Positions 11,156-25,152 are shown, numbered from the stretch's first letter. The stretch: 64,000 nucleotides of DNA from Ascidiella aspersa (GCA_963924565.1 OZ004610.1:13268001-13332000); one strand, 5' to 3'. Program-made: numbers and translations. Notes: a model not told the origin generated them from the sequence alone.

Positions 11156-13295
11156 TTAGTAGTAGAATATTCCAAATGCAGCAGTAACGCAGAACATGGA
11201 ACTCTGTAAACAAATAAAATACAAGAAGTTCATTAAGAGTAGAGTAAGGTATCCAATCGCTCAGCTTAAAACAAACCCCTCTTTTTTGCTTTTACAAGTA
11301 AATCATGCACTGTCAGTAAAATTTGTAACACCAGTAGACAAAATTACCTTGAGCAAAAATAATTGTAAAAAAAACGATTGATAATTTTTAGTAATGCTGG
11401 ATTAAAAGCGTTATTTACACATTTAAAAAAATTGTGGCCTTTTCAGTTACACAGTACATATTAAAGCATCGATGTTATAATAATAGCAACATGTGATGCC
11501 ATGGCCAAACAAAAAATTCTTGTTTTTGTAGTTATAGATGAACATAAAATACCTTGTAGTTTTTTGTAAGCACTTAATAGGGTGTTTTCACCATTATTAG
11601 TTACTGTGTTATATACTATTATTTTGAATTATTAACTGTATTGTTGAGTTTTTAGTTTTAGGTTAGTATTCTATTTGGCAGTTCTACTGTGGAAAGTATG
11701 GCAACTTTTAACAGACCAAACCTTAACCCCTGAAAAATAGAAATCGCACTAAAATTTTCCTATGTATACTTGAAATCAGCAGGTGTACGTTTCCTACCCT
11801 GTGACACTCTTTTTCTGGTGGTGCACCCACTTATTGTTAGATTTAAATAGCTTACATTCATAAAAACATCCTGTGCGCAATTATCAGTGTCAGAATCCCA
11901 AAAACATCTGCATCCCATCTTGACACCTTCACCACGCTGTTCACCAATCACACATTGAACGACAAACTTGTATCTATCAAACCCCATCTCTAAAAAAATA
12001 TAACATTGTCATATTACTATTAAAGAAGCCCATGGAAATATTAAAAAACATTTTAAATATTTAGGACCATAATGGTCGTAGTTTATAGTAAGAATATCAA
12101 AACCAGGGCTGGGGAGCTGGAGCCCGGAGCTAAGCATTTTCTCTGGAGCCAGGGCCGGAGCCATTTTTATTATTTTTGTGGAGCCGGAGCCAATGCTATT
12201 TTATGGTGGCTCCCAGCCCTGTTTAAGAGTATGACTTTTCATTCAATCTAATGTAAACTGCTTCTTTTTTAACAGAATTTTAAACTGATACAAAGCAAAC
12301 TACTAAACTGATGGATATTAACATACCTAATATAGTCAGAGCGAAAGCAGCTTTAAAAAAATGTTTGCCTATGGATCTGATTCTATTGGATAAGTGCCTG
12401 GTGGCTAAAAGAAAAGCTGGAGCCGGAGCCAATGCTATTTTACGGTGGCTCACCAGCCCTGATCAAAACCCATACAGATGTAGGTATCATTAATCGCTAT
12501 GTTGAAAATAAATAAAGAAATATTCAGAACGTTCAAAATGACCTACTACTTCTGTATGAGCTTTTATATTTTCACTCCATTTGGAATATTATTTCAGTTT
12601 GTTTTATTGTTGTACTACACATATACAATTAAGCTAGTGCAGTTTTGTAAATTAAATTCTTATTATCTTACCTTTAAGTTTAAGCTTTACACCATTTGAT
12701 ATTTCTTGGGTCCAATTAGCTACTTCTTCGGCTACATACTGTTTACCTTGTAAGCAGTCGTTCACCACTTGATGAATGCATTCTTTTACTATTGCCTTTT
12801 TAAATCTATACCAAAAAGAAATACAATAGAATTTTGGTGGACAAGGCGTACTGTAATTTAATGTAAGTTTATAGGAAACAGCTTTTTAAGTATATGCCAT
12901 AATTGGGCGCTGGTATAGAATCGATCACATTTTTGTCCAGCGTTTATATTGCTAACATGAAGGGTGCGAGTTAGCGTTTGGGTGGGTCAAGTATTATTAT
13001 TATACTTATTTTACCATACATATTTCAGTACTGGGGGTCTAGAATCCTATCACAGCGTTAAAACATTTATTGTATCAACACACAATATTTGGGTTAGGGG
13101 GCGGGTTAGTTTTTGGGTGTGGGTGGGTCAAGTATTATTATATTTATTATTTAATAATATTACATGACCGACCTACCCAAATAATAGTGGTAGGATATCA
13201 GCGCCCATTAATGTAACAACTTACTTGTGTTGGTAGTTAGGTCGTATCATATACGTATTTTCCGGTTGTTCCGATTCTATTGTAGTACTCGACAT
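11156..13295 (-). CDS. DYNLT2B: Dynein light chain Tctex-type 2B (TCTEX1D2), 128 aa, 4 exons
   Basis: Exons (minus): 13295-13225, 12805-12672, 11989-11856, 11203-11156 (387 nt). Translation MSSTTIESEQPENTYMIRPNYQHKFKKAIVKECIH...KLKEMGFDRYKFVVQCVIGEQRGEGVKMGCRCFWDSDTDNCAQDVFMNSSMFCVTAAFGIFYY* carries the TCTEX1D2 signatures. Confidence 0.93.
12104..12461. mobile_element. hAT-type MITE with GGAGCC subterminal repeats in a DYNLT2B intron
   Basis: TIR CAGGGCTGG...CCAGCCCTG. Perfect 8-bp TSD ATCAAAAC (12096-12103, 12462-12469). An internal second copy of the right end finishes at 12221. Confidence 0.85.
12905..13206. mobile_element. Unclassified MITE family, copy 1 (GGCGCTGGT.TAGAATC termini)
   Basis: Inverted ends GGGCGCTG...CAGCGCCC with internal GGGTGGGTCAAGTATTATTA repeats. 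Same terminal and internal motifs as 61243-61610. Confidence 0.6.
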
Positions 13296-13363
13296 TTTCG
13301 GTTAACAGTTTGTTGTCAAGTATTAACAAAAAATCCTACCAGAAGAACAATGATGTGTTAGCG

Positions 13364-13862
13364 CAGTGGTTCTCAAACTTTTTTGACAAAGTTACTCACC
13401 GGTCCCCCAGCAATTTTTGAATTACTCACGGTCCCTTAAAATATACACAAATAAACGCAAAATAACACGTTGTTTTCAATGGTATCAATGGGAGAGTGCA
13501 CTTGCTTTGTTGCTATCAGCTCGGCTATGTTAACCTCTAATTAACGAATCACTTTATGTGAGTAAAGCAATCACGAATAGTTTTAAAACCGTGACCGTAC
13601 AGCCCACAGTGTCAGCTCAGCAAACTGTAAAAACCTAATTCTCACTAGCACAACGCAACACTATGAAGTCACAATAGACTATTCCACTTTAAGCGTACAA
13701 TAACGTGAATGAACAACTAATGAGCTTGGTTTGGAAAAGTAAGTTGCCTGAAAAATTTATTGCACAAAAAGTTTTCTTTTTCTGGAGCGTCGTGTTGATT
13801 TTTTGTTAGGTGCTTCGCGGTCCCAGAAAATTGTCTCGCGGACCCCAGTTTGAGAACCACTG
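13364..13862. mobile_element. hAT (Charlie/Buster-type) MITE just upstream of DYNLT2B
   Basis: Perfect TIR CAGTGGTTCTCAAACT / AGTTTGAGAACCACTG. Perfect 8-bp TSD TGTTAGCG (13356-13363, 13863-13870). Confidence 0.92.
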
Positions 13863-16800
13863 TGTTAGCGTAAATTTTTTGTATTGTTTACCGTTTGCAA
13901 GAATAATCTCTGAAGCGTAACCAAAAAAGCGTAACCTAGGTAAAATATTTATACTGAGCGATTCACTCATCCGAACATTTTTATATTTCACGTCTTTTCG
14001 AGCTTCTCTAATTATTATTGATTATAAGTAACCTAATTTTTATAGGTACAGAATGATAGGCTATAATTTGCTGAAACTTTACTAATATCAAAGTTATAAC
14101 AATAATTTTCGCTTAAACTTTTAATCGCCATTACGGGGAAGTACCTTCGATAAATCTTTACGTCACAATCACACGCTAGACATAACAAATGTTAGTGAAC
14201 TGGAACTGAAACTCTCCAGTACTAAAGAGACGAACTAGTGATTTGATTGCTTCAATTTTGTTTTGACAGACGTGTCGTCCTGTTACTACCAGAAGCTTAG
14301 GCAATGTGCCTCGAACCTTGTGAGTTTGGCATGTTGTGAGTTGTTTTGACCCTTTTGATGTTATATTAGAGCAATGTTGGTTTCAGTATAATACGTGTCA
14401 TTTTGTGCATTTTTTGTGAAACCAAGTTATTAATACGGAAAATGTTTAATGTGGTTGTTATCAGTTACCACTTGAGTTTGCACAGAATAAAATGTTTGTT
14501 TGGGCCTACAACCATCATACAACAGCTACATAACAATAAAAATGGCTTTCATGAAATAACCTAAGTTTTAAGATAAATATATTGTGTTAATTTATGTTCA
14601 AACTTTCATCAAATAATATGTTGCATTTAACAAGTAAGGGCCAATATATAGCTAATGACAGCTGTTTTGCATTACAACATTTGTTAATGGCAAAACTAAG
14701 TTTAAATTGAAAATAATAACTTTAAACAAACTAGGCAATCTGACTTTAAAAATAATTAGCAACAAAACTTTTAAAGTTATACTTTTTTGCCTATTAATAC
14801 TTTTAGACCAACTAATTGTCCTATTTCCTAGCCACTTATGACTTAGTTTAACAGTTTGTAGATCAACTTCACTTTCAATCAAGTGTTTTTGTTTAATATA
14901 AATTTGTTGTTTGTATAGATTAACTTTTTTATTGTTCTACTGAAATACCTGACTGAAAAAATTACTGTATTGGAAAACATGTTTATTTGTTTCAAATATT
15001 AGAAAAAAGCATTAAGCAAAATATTGTTTTCATATTATTAATAGGAATATCACAAATTCATTTAATGATGCCTTATGTTATTTAAAAAAATGGTGGTTGA
15101 CCATTCTACTTAGTAGGTCACCATATGATATTTAATTTGTTTGTTGACATTTTTTCCATTTACCTAAAACTAAGTAAAATAAAATATATAACTATTTAGT
15201 AATTGTAATAATAAATGTACTTTATGTAAAGTTACCAACATATAAAACAAGACCAACGCTGCAGTGCTCTGTTACTGGACGCTGTTCAACATCCAGTCCA
15301 TTTATTTTATTACTCTTTGATCGCTCGCGCTTTTGTTCAGGTTGGCCGATTTAGCCAGTAAAACAAAACCCCAAACAGGTGAAAATGTCTTCTTCGCTTT
15401 GATGTATTGCCCAGTATGCAATCGACGCCGCACCATTTCCTCTGCGACCAATAATAACAAGCATGTAAAACGTGCTTGTTCCCTTTCTACAAATTCGTCT
15501 ATATTTAAACGTGTATTGCGCAATAAACCGAAGGTAAACAGTTTAACGGACAATTGTCGCTCTGCTACGGTATCCGCCGCGTCATCCTGGGTTATTACCA
15601 GCAACTTATCTGGTTTAAAAATAAACAGCATCTGGTGCGCGGTGATTCAGCCAATACCGGGTTCCATATGACTTGAAGTGTAGCCTCTTGAAAAACAAAA
15701 CGGTATTGATTACCTGCTACCAAACGAAACGAGGTTGTGTTAACCTCGCCCGTCGGCTATGCAGCGGTGTCCGATTGCCTCGCGATGTTATTGCCGCTCT
15801 GATTTTTTGGAAAAAAGGCCGCTTCTGTAATTGGCCCAATTTGCATGGCCACTTCAACAGGGAGGATTTTCCGTTTTACTACTATGTCCGCTCCATTCTT
15901 TTCACCTCAAGTGTGATGGGAAAACCGTTGGCTTCCAAACGGACAAGTTTGCTGTCCGTATAGATAAAAAATGGCACTGAAATGTTTGGCTGAAAAAGGG
16001 TGCCTGGCGCTCTTTTAAACGGCCATGGCTACTCGACATAAAGGCGACCAGCGCAACAACAATGGCGGGCGCAATATTTTACTTAGTGACATATTCTTTA
16101 GTGCTATTTTCGCGACTCGCTTTGTTGCACAAGCAGAGCGGGATCGCCCTTAACGACACCACGAGCCGTTATCGAATATCGGTAGCTATTCTCTTGCGCT
16201 GTCGTTTGGACATTTAATCCCTTTGTCTGCTCTGGCACGAGTGAATACCGATTAATTGTCGCCAGGTATTTAAACTCAGTGCTTCATTTGTTCGCGCTCG
16301 CGTATTCGAAGGCGTGTAGCAAACCCCCGAAAATATGCCGGATGCGGGGGCATGTATCGGTTTGTGTTTACGCGCTGCGCTGCTGGCATTGTCTTCCCGT
16401 CAGCGCGCTTTGCCGGATGACGCTCGGACTCTGGTATGTTACAGGCCATGCCACAAACGATATGTTTGAAAAGTAATCAGGCCGAGTAATTGTCGAGCCT
16501 GGCGTTAGCGAAAAGACTGAGCTATTTATTGGCTCGCCAGAAGTAGCGATCGCTCGCATCACGTTTGCATATTTTTTCGGGGTATCTTCGAATATGTGCG
16601 GGCGCGCGATCGAGTCGCCGGGATTTTTAGTTTTGCCCGCCGAATGCAATATTTTCGAGTCGTATACTTGCGCGTGACCGCCGTAAATTGCACACAATTT
16701 CGCGACAGCCAATGTAAGAGCCCGCGTAGAAGATGCGAAATCTTCGAAGGCATTAGGGGTTTTATTCAGTGCAGCAACTGGCAGCATCGCGTCGTTTTCA

Positions 16801-19800
16801 ACTGTGTGCAGTTTTCTTCAGGAATCGTGACGGTATACCGCGCATTGGTCGCCCGCTGGGATTTCACCATAAAATTAATTCGCTTTCAGAAACCGTTTAC
16901 AGCTAAGCCACATATTGCTGTAATGTCACATTGGTCTTGGAAGACGAAGAGTATGTTTCTTGGTTTGACGCAACTCGATGTACAACCGATTCACAAAATC
17001 TCAGCGTTATAGGTTTAATAACATAGTTATTGGAATAGCTGTAAATAAGCCCTTGATTTTACAATGGGTCTCAGCTGATGTTAAAACTGAATTTCCGGTG
17101 GCGGATGTGCATCTACTGCCTTTGTCTGTTGAACGCCGTTAAACCTGAGAGCTTCAGTCGAGTAATGTGATTGTTTATATCAGAGCTAACATAACATAAC
17201 GGGGAGAGTAACTCCCAAGCATAGGATCGATCAACAAGTTTCTTTGTGCCTGAGTTAATTTTTAACGGCGCCGTGTTAAACACTGATTGACTTTGCATGG
17301 TAGTAGCTGCGCGCCAACCAGACTGGTCGAGTTAATACAAGGTCGGTTAATTTTTAAAGTCCTTTAATCTTTATTTTGCCGTTTTTCAGTCATCAGTTAG
17401 TTAACACAGATGATGCAAAAACGCCGATATTTTTACCACATGTAGTTTGTTAAGATTGGAAAATAAGGCATGTAAAGCGGGCAAAAAAGGGAGCCGGCTG
17501 ATTTTAGAGCGCTCATGTAAACTGGCCAATATTATTTTATCGTTTGAGTCAACGTAGCGACTGATAACTGTTTCGCTGATGTTGTTCAAGCCAAATGAAT
17601 GTTTTTGGGGCTGTCTAGCGCATGTTAAAAGTTTTAGTGCCGACGACGCGCTTATTATGTGACATTATAATTGTCATATGGTTAAATTGCTTTAAGGATG
17701 ATCAGATTTAAAAGTATTCTTGTAAGTTATAAAATGCCTTTGTTTCTTTTTTTCTTTTTTTAAAGGCTGAGTCCCACAAAAAGTGTCGCAACAGTCAATT
17801 AAAAGAAAGTTAGCTGTGATACTTTTTGTTTAATTTGCGCCCGAAAAACCCAAAAATAGTTAGTTAATTGTTTGTCTTGAACTTTTAAATTGGCAAATCC
17901 TCGATAAACCTTTAACGGTTGTTGTCTTTAACAAATCTGAGGCTCAGCGACATTAGTAGTCAAAAGTGAGACGTTCTCCTAATTGGTTAGGAAACACCAG
18001 TATTGAGGCAGAACGAATAGGGCTGCTACGGTCTGCCGAGAGTGATTTATCCGTGATTGATTAAAGATTTAAATAGAGAAGATACAACCTGTTGGCGTTA
18101 AGCGTGGACTTGTAACCTTGTATAGCACAGCACATCTATACAGCTTGTACACTGCACAGTCATAAAAAACACAGGAACTTGGCCTCGGTGCAGATTACGC
18201 GGAAGGCGCGTGTTGTCGTTGTACATCACCATTCAACTGTCTACCGCGTCCCGCCCACGGTTGTCACTTATTTGCGTTGCCTGATACAGCAAATTATTAA
18301 TCATTTTCCGGTCGCGAACCCCTTACTGCATTGTTATTTGTGGTCAAACCTGAACAGCGAACAGTCTTTTTAGAAACCACCAGCGTTACAATATATAAAC
18401 TAGTTTACTTTGGCGGATCGTTGGCTAAGCTGATTTAACATTCCATATCCCAGAGTTCCTTTCGTATCGGTATTCAGCTTGTCGAGAAAATAGATCTACT
18501 TTAATTTAATCTTTCGTTTACAGTCATTAAGTCTGTTTTGCCTGATGAACGTTTGACCGTCCGTGTTTTTTGATTTTTGTAACTTTCAGCTATTTTAAAT
18601 GAATCACGTTCAAAATCACTTACGTTTATTTTAGGTGGGCTAATAACCATCTAAAAACGGTGTTATTTTTTATTGAAGCTAGCAAACATGTGTAAGGTAT
18701 TTGATTTTAGACAACATCTGTAGAGAACTGCAAAGCCCTTAGGTATGGAAGTATAGAGCTATGCTGCTGTGGCTAGCGCTAAAACAAACGACAAACAGTA
18801 TATGCAAATAATTCACAATCCGCAAGTTCGGTGTGCCGAGTTTTGCTTAACTACTGAATAGAGAAAGGCTTGTAGAATTTATGTTGCATGTAATGTATAA
18901 TTTGTGTTGCAAAATAGTAAATGATTTACTACACAACACATTTTGCCTGGGCTTGTTTTGTTTTTTTATACCAGCAAAGCATCACAAAGTGATGTTCGAC
19001 TATACCGGGTATATATATTTTGTATTATGATAAAATTAACGTAAAGGATGATGTTTATCAATTTTCAGTGCGCGATGACAAAAAAGAGTTTTAGTCGACA
19101 TTTCGAAATAGAGCGAACAAAAATTCCCGATTTGTTTTCTTCTTAAGTGAAATTACCCTTTTATAGATTTAGAGTCTCGCGGAAGCCTGCACATGCATAT
19201 GACTCGATGTCGGTAAATAATTTAGGCTTCAACTAAGTGCCAATAAAGAGAAGCGGCTATTAATTTCCGAAGCCGGACCAAAGCGGCGAAGCCGTTTTCG
19301 CCAATGAGCTACCTACTTTCGGCGAAAACACGTCGTAGGCAATTTGCCCGCCGACTGGTGTCCGCGAAATTGCCAAAAGAGTGTGAAAAAGGTTCCTCCG
19401 CCCCATTATCTCGCATACCCTCTTCCTTTCTCTTTCTAACTCATTGGGAATTTTCTGACGGCAATATTTCACTCTCGAATTTCCCTACCGCGGTCGCAGT
19501 CAAAGCAACTGCGCCGCCCGTTGAGCAGCAAAAGTCTCCATTCTCTTTATATCTTTGTATTCGCCAGCCTTGCGCCGCCAACGTGGCAGCCGCGCCGATT
19601 AATAATGTATAGCAATGATAACACATTTGCAGCAAAACGCCTGAAGCGTCTGCGTTTTTCCTGAGCCTCCGACCGATCGTCGCCTCTAATTAATGGTTCT
19701 TTCTTCATATCGCCCGATTCCAGATGGCGCCCCAGTAGCAAGCATGAAAACAGCAGTAAACCATTCCCACCCTGGTTTATAACTTGAGTTGGCGACGAAT

Positions 19801-22800
19801 ACTGCAAGGCAGTCTGAGTTTTCTCCGACGGTCGCCCCGTGCTCTACTCAAGCAAACCCTAGCCCTTGCACCGAAAGTTGCTTCATAAGTCCGCGCACGT
19901 GATAACCACATGTTCCACAGCTTGTTCCAGTCAGCAAGGCTCGCGATTCAGTGGGCGTCGTGCCGTTTTCCGCCTCGTGCGATAAATAATTTACCCCAGG
20001 TTGGCGGGCGCCGGCGAATCGATGATTCCGCCCTTGGCCGGAAAATGCCTATAATTTCGCATTTCGTCGTGGCCACCAAAGCTCAGCACGTGCGCGAGGC
20101 TTCCACGCTGTTTGCACCAAACCCGCTTTGCGACGTCTTGCGGTCGCTGCTTTTCCGCTGCTCTCGCTTTGCGCCCCTCCGGGAGACGCAGGGCCGCGAT
20201 TGTTTTAGATGCCCGCCAAACCTTTAACGTTGTCGTGTTTCTTCTGCGATTATCGCCGTTAAATTCCATGAGGTGGGATCAATTTTTGCTGGGTTTGTAT
20301 TCGAATCGTTAGGAATCGCAAGGCGGTTAACTTAAACGCTCTGGTGGGTTTAAAACTAAGCATTTAACGACCGACTCTTGGTTACTTGTTATCAAGGAAA
20401 GGGAAAATAATATGTGAACTGCGCTGTCGTTGGATCACCTATCTACATCAAACGTCTGAAGCGTTAAAACCTATAACACCAATTAGGACGCACTAGACAC
20501 AAAACCGTGTATAAAGCGAACTTTACATCAGTTTTTCCCGTAGTTTGGGTATTAATGGGGTTGAAAACTTGAAATTATTTTAGTATTGTCGCCATTAACT
20601 ATCGCACCAGGATCATCATTCTTGATGTTAGGTGAAATATGCACTCGTCTGCCGACATAGAACACAGAGAGAGAGTGGTGTAGAGATTGCGTGAAGATGC
20701 ATTGCTCAATCGAAAATAGAAATCGGGCATATCATAACGTTGTGTTAGCAAAACTAACAAAACGCGCGTTGTTTTGGACAAGTCCGATACTACGGCGGTG
20801 CTCTGGTTTACACACTTCTTCGCCACGACGCCGTCTTCATGCAGTACTCATGTAAGTTAGAGAATGGGTGGCGTTTTAGGCAACCTAGCGGACACATATC
20901 AGTCTGTGGGCTGGTGCTTCTCGTGGATAAAGCGCGCCTTATAAAATTCCCGTCTTGTTGCTGCTGGAGTTGCAGAGTCGCGCGCTAATGTTCCTGATTG
21001 CGCGCCAAAACGTGACTTTCTTTGCGCGCTTAGACTAGCTCCAGTCAGCGGCGACGAGCTTTGTGATTTCGATTGCTGCTTTAGTATATGCGGGCGTTCA
21101 CGCGTAGCGCGCGTCGCGTGAACTTCTTAAACGTTGCTGTTGTGTTCTCGCATTCACGCGCGCGTCATCAGTCAGTGAGCGCATTCTCCCGCGCACACTT
21201 GACACTGTCTTCGTGTTATTGTGGGTGTCTCTAAACCGACTTCTGATTACGAATGAAAATTGCTCCTATTAACGTCTCACCCTCCGCAGAAGACATCGGT
21301 CCGGTTTGTAGCGCTCGCTCGTAATTGCAGGTAATCAAAGCTATCCTTAAATTCCTTCAAGGCCAAAGTGGCGGCCTTGTGTAGGCCGGTGAACCCCCGC
21401 CGCCCGTCGCCCGCCTTTGCTCCGATTATGACGTAATAATTTGCGTCGCGGCTCGCTGATCACTCGAGTAATTATCATAATCAAAGCGCTAATAGGTACG
21501 GGTCTGGTGGGTGGTATTTGTTTGTCATCAGGCATACGGGCAAACGGTCAATTACGCAGTCGTAAACGGCCGCCTTCTGTTTTAGAAATCGTGGCGTTTC
21601 GGCGCAACGCTAGATGAACCATTTCGTCGTAACTGCGGTCGCCATCGCCGCAACCTGTACAGAGCCCTACGTGCGGCGCTTTTGGGACAGCAAGATTGCT
21701 GAGCGGTTCTGAAACTACTTATTTCCGAAGCAACAAGTACAATTTCGCTGTGCTTTCGCCGATGCCGTGTGCCCTAGGGTACGCACTACGCATCGGATCT
21801 TGTTTTGATAGAAGCTTGCGGCGAATCCGAAATTATTCGGCCAGGCGTTGCCGATGGCTTTTTGGTTATTTGCCGAGAGCGAGCGGCGTATTGCGATCAT
21901 AGAGAAGTGCGAGCGTATGCGAGCGAGACAGAGAAAGAGAAGGCCATAGTTTGGCAGCCATGTATGACGGGGGAGGTTGTGTATCACTGGCGTGCAAAAG
22001 GTCCGGATATCGCTCTGCGCCCTTTACATGTAAAACCTTATTCGAACGTGGGCATTTGTTGCATAGCATGGACATGGAGTTGGTGTAGTTTTCTTCAGCC
22101 GTGCTAGCCCGCACTGTACATGTGTATTTTTCCTGGCTCGTTGTTCACCTAGCACTTTGTCTCATCGTTTGCAGAGTGTTTGTGTGTGGGGTATCTTGTT
22201 TGTGTATTTAGTCTGGTAGCAGAGGCTTTGTAGCTGTGGTACATTGGACAGCGAAGAACAATTGAGTTTATTCGGCCGAATTTGCGGCGTTGAGCGAAAG
22301 TAGCGACCAAGCATAACAGTTTAGCGGGTTGTCGTAGGATACTATACTGCCATGCAATTGTGGCAGTGGTCGTCCTAAGCAAAGTAGATTTGTTAAAAGT
22401 CCTCGTCTGATGCATCCCAGTAGGCCAAAGGTTATCAGGTGGACGCAATTAGTAGCTGCAAAGTGCGCAATGCCAAGGTAATGCACAGTTTACGATAGTC
22501 TTAGCAGACGTGCCAGTCGACCGGCGCAGCGAATGCGCCTATTACTAGTTAATCGATAAGGGTAGTCGCATAGCGCGCTCACATTCGGCCATATGTCATC
22601 GGTTGCCACTAGTTAAGAGATATCGACCGTCGCCGCGCGCCGGTTAAATTCGTTTCACATCGATTTGCTCATCAGCGCGACATAGGTAACCTACGACCAC
22701 TGGCGTTGCCCCGCGGTGATCCAAGGGGGGAGTTCGACCCCCTCTTGGTTTTTATAGTTATGCGCGATTATTGATAATAATGTCATATGTCAACTGTTGT

Positions 22801-25152
22801 TGCGGTCCGCAGTTCGCAATGTGCTGCGGTTTATTTAAATTTATGGGCCTTAGTTGTTAACAGACACTGTTTTCTACACGGGATACTTCTTATGAAGAAA
22901 TAACGTTGCGACTATGACTGCTGGATAAATAGCTGTGTATTTAAAACGATTTTTTATGTTAATTTAATTGTGTGCCCCCCTCCTAAATCGCTGAACAATT
23001 TATCGATGTGCCATTGGCGATGTCTGCTAGAAAAAACGCACGATTCGCCGAGCCCTGTCGCACTACGGTGCGCTTCGGAAATTTGCGCTGTTCATGACCG
23101 TGAACCGTTTTTCTGCAGTTGTCTATTTTCGCTGGCCAATATAAGATTTTGGTAGCGTTATGTTTTGTATAACCAGTGTGTTGTTGTGTTATAAACAAGA
23201 GAAAAAACAAACAATTTTCATCAGCAGTCTTGTTGCAATTATGGTTCTGAAGGTTATTCACAGCCCTTTGCAGACCTTTGGTTTAGGCAGCACCAAAATA
23301 AATTGAATAAATCTAGTTGTGTATTTTTTTTAAATAAATTCTTAATTTTTTTTACCCCACTAGTCATGCAGAAAACAGAACGTTTCATTTCATCAACGCG
23401 ACGCCGCGACGTTTCGGCGCTTTTGTTGAATGAAAAGTTTTATAATAATGTTTGTTATTTTACCCGTCGAGGAATCTGGCTTCCGGAATGCGAGATTTGC
23501 TGCCAAAGTGTCCGTGCTCCAGCAAAGCACGTCGCGAACGATCGTGATCGTTTTTCAGCTCGCGCACAAGTTTTCGCACGAGACCTTGGCTTTGCAGCAT
23601 TTCGTGATCTCCTTTGTGTGTGTGCGTGTGTATGTGGATTGAGGCTTCTTTGAGCAGTGCAAATTACCGTCGCTTGTCTGCCGATGATTATCTGTTAGTT
23701 GCCTACAACGAGCCCAGCGCGGCTGTGCGGCTTTGTCGTGCGCAAAGAACTTTCCATAATCGTGTTTCAAGTTTAGTATCGAGGCAAAATTGCTGCATCT
23801 TGTCATTGCAGAGGCGCTTGACCCGTTTAGCCGTAACCAGACGAAATAGCGCGTGTTTTTCACTTTGATCGTTGCGTGTTAGACCTAGTGCTGTAGCATT
23901 GGAGTTGTGATGATGAGAGTCTAACAACTGCGCCAGTTTTAGACAACGATGTTTATCCAAGCTTGACGTCTTTGGCATTAAAGGTTGTGTTTTCGGGAAT
24001 GAAGCTTTAACATGTGTTGCTTGGGTCCCTCTTAAACTGGGATACTGGATATTTTTTGCAAAAGTTACCTTTAAGAAAAGCTGTAAACCTAGCCTTGATA
24101 AAACAAGAAAAAGCTTGTGTCCAGTAAGTTTGAAAAGGCACAGATGTCAACCTTCAGTTTGGCTAAACAGCACTTTGTCGCCTATATTGTATAAATGTTT
24201 GTTTTTATTAAAAATGCCATTTAAACCGACTTGCATATATAATCAAAATTAAAACACATTACTAGCCAGTAGTGTTTCGTTACCTTAAATTGCTACTTAT
24301 CGTAACCTTGTTATTCATTTTTTGTTACAAAATTGAAGTTGTGTAAGAACTGTTTTGCTTTGCCACGAACACTAAAACTTAGGACGACGCACCGATGTGT
24401 CGCGTCACGCAAGTTGAATACCACTGGGTAAGACCAGTGGCGGTTAAATTCGTTAGTATTCCGGTTTGACCTTGTTCAAAGCGCTGTCTATGTGTTTGGT
24501 GAAAGCCGTGTCGATGACGTGTTTACCAATTACACACCTGTTTAATTTTATTTCGAGCATACGTTAACTGCCCGCCGTTGACATTTTGCTGTTTAGTTAA
24601 ACGAGCTCTGATCAAACTGCTTTTGTTGCAAAAGCACAAAGCCGTAAGGGCACGCCGCTTTAGATATTTAGCTTTGATTGGATACAATGCGTGACAACGT
24701 CACTTCTGTTATGCTAGAGCGAAAGTACGCTTTTAGTGCAAGGTTGTTATAACCCTAACATAAACCTAAACAAACCAAAAAATGTGTTAAAGACAGTGAT
24801 AGCCCTTTAGTTTGGTCTGTGTCGTCTAGAACAGTGCTCCGCAACCGCGTGAGTACACTGTTGGTGTGCCTCAAGTGACTAAAGGTTGCGGAGAACTGAT
24901 CTGGAACCGCAGTTTGTCTCCATTGCTGGGGACTTGTATAAAAAAGCCAACCTCTTACTTGTGTTTTTAAACAGCTGCAGGATATAAGGTAGCAAAACAG
25001 AACCAAAAAATAGACTCACCAAAACCACGGCAACAGAAGATTCTCCGAACTGAATAGCGCGCTCCTGAATGCGCGTACAACTGCGTGAACGGCACGACAG
25101 CCGCTCGCGATTTCCTTCAACTCCTCATTTTTCGTCGCCCTTCTCCGCCGAA

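Noticed and set aside
15300-24000. Numerous 60-140 aa ORFs upstream of HMBOX1
   Set aside because: They overlap on both strands, many start at non-ATG codons, and they show no recognisable domains or phase-consistent exon chain. This is expected in GC-richer non-coding DNA.
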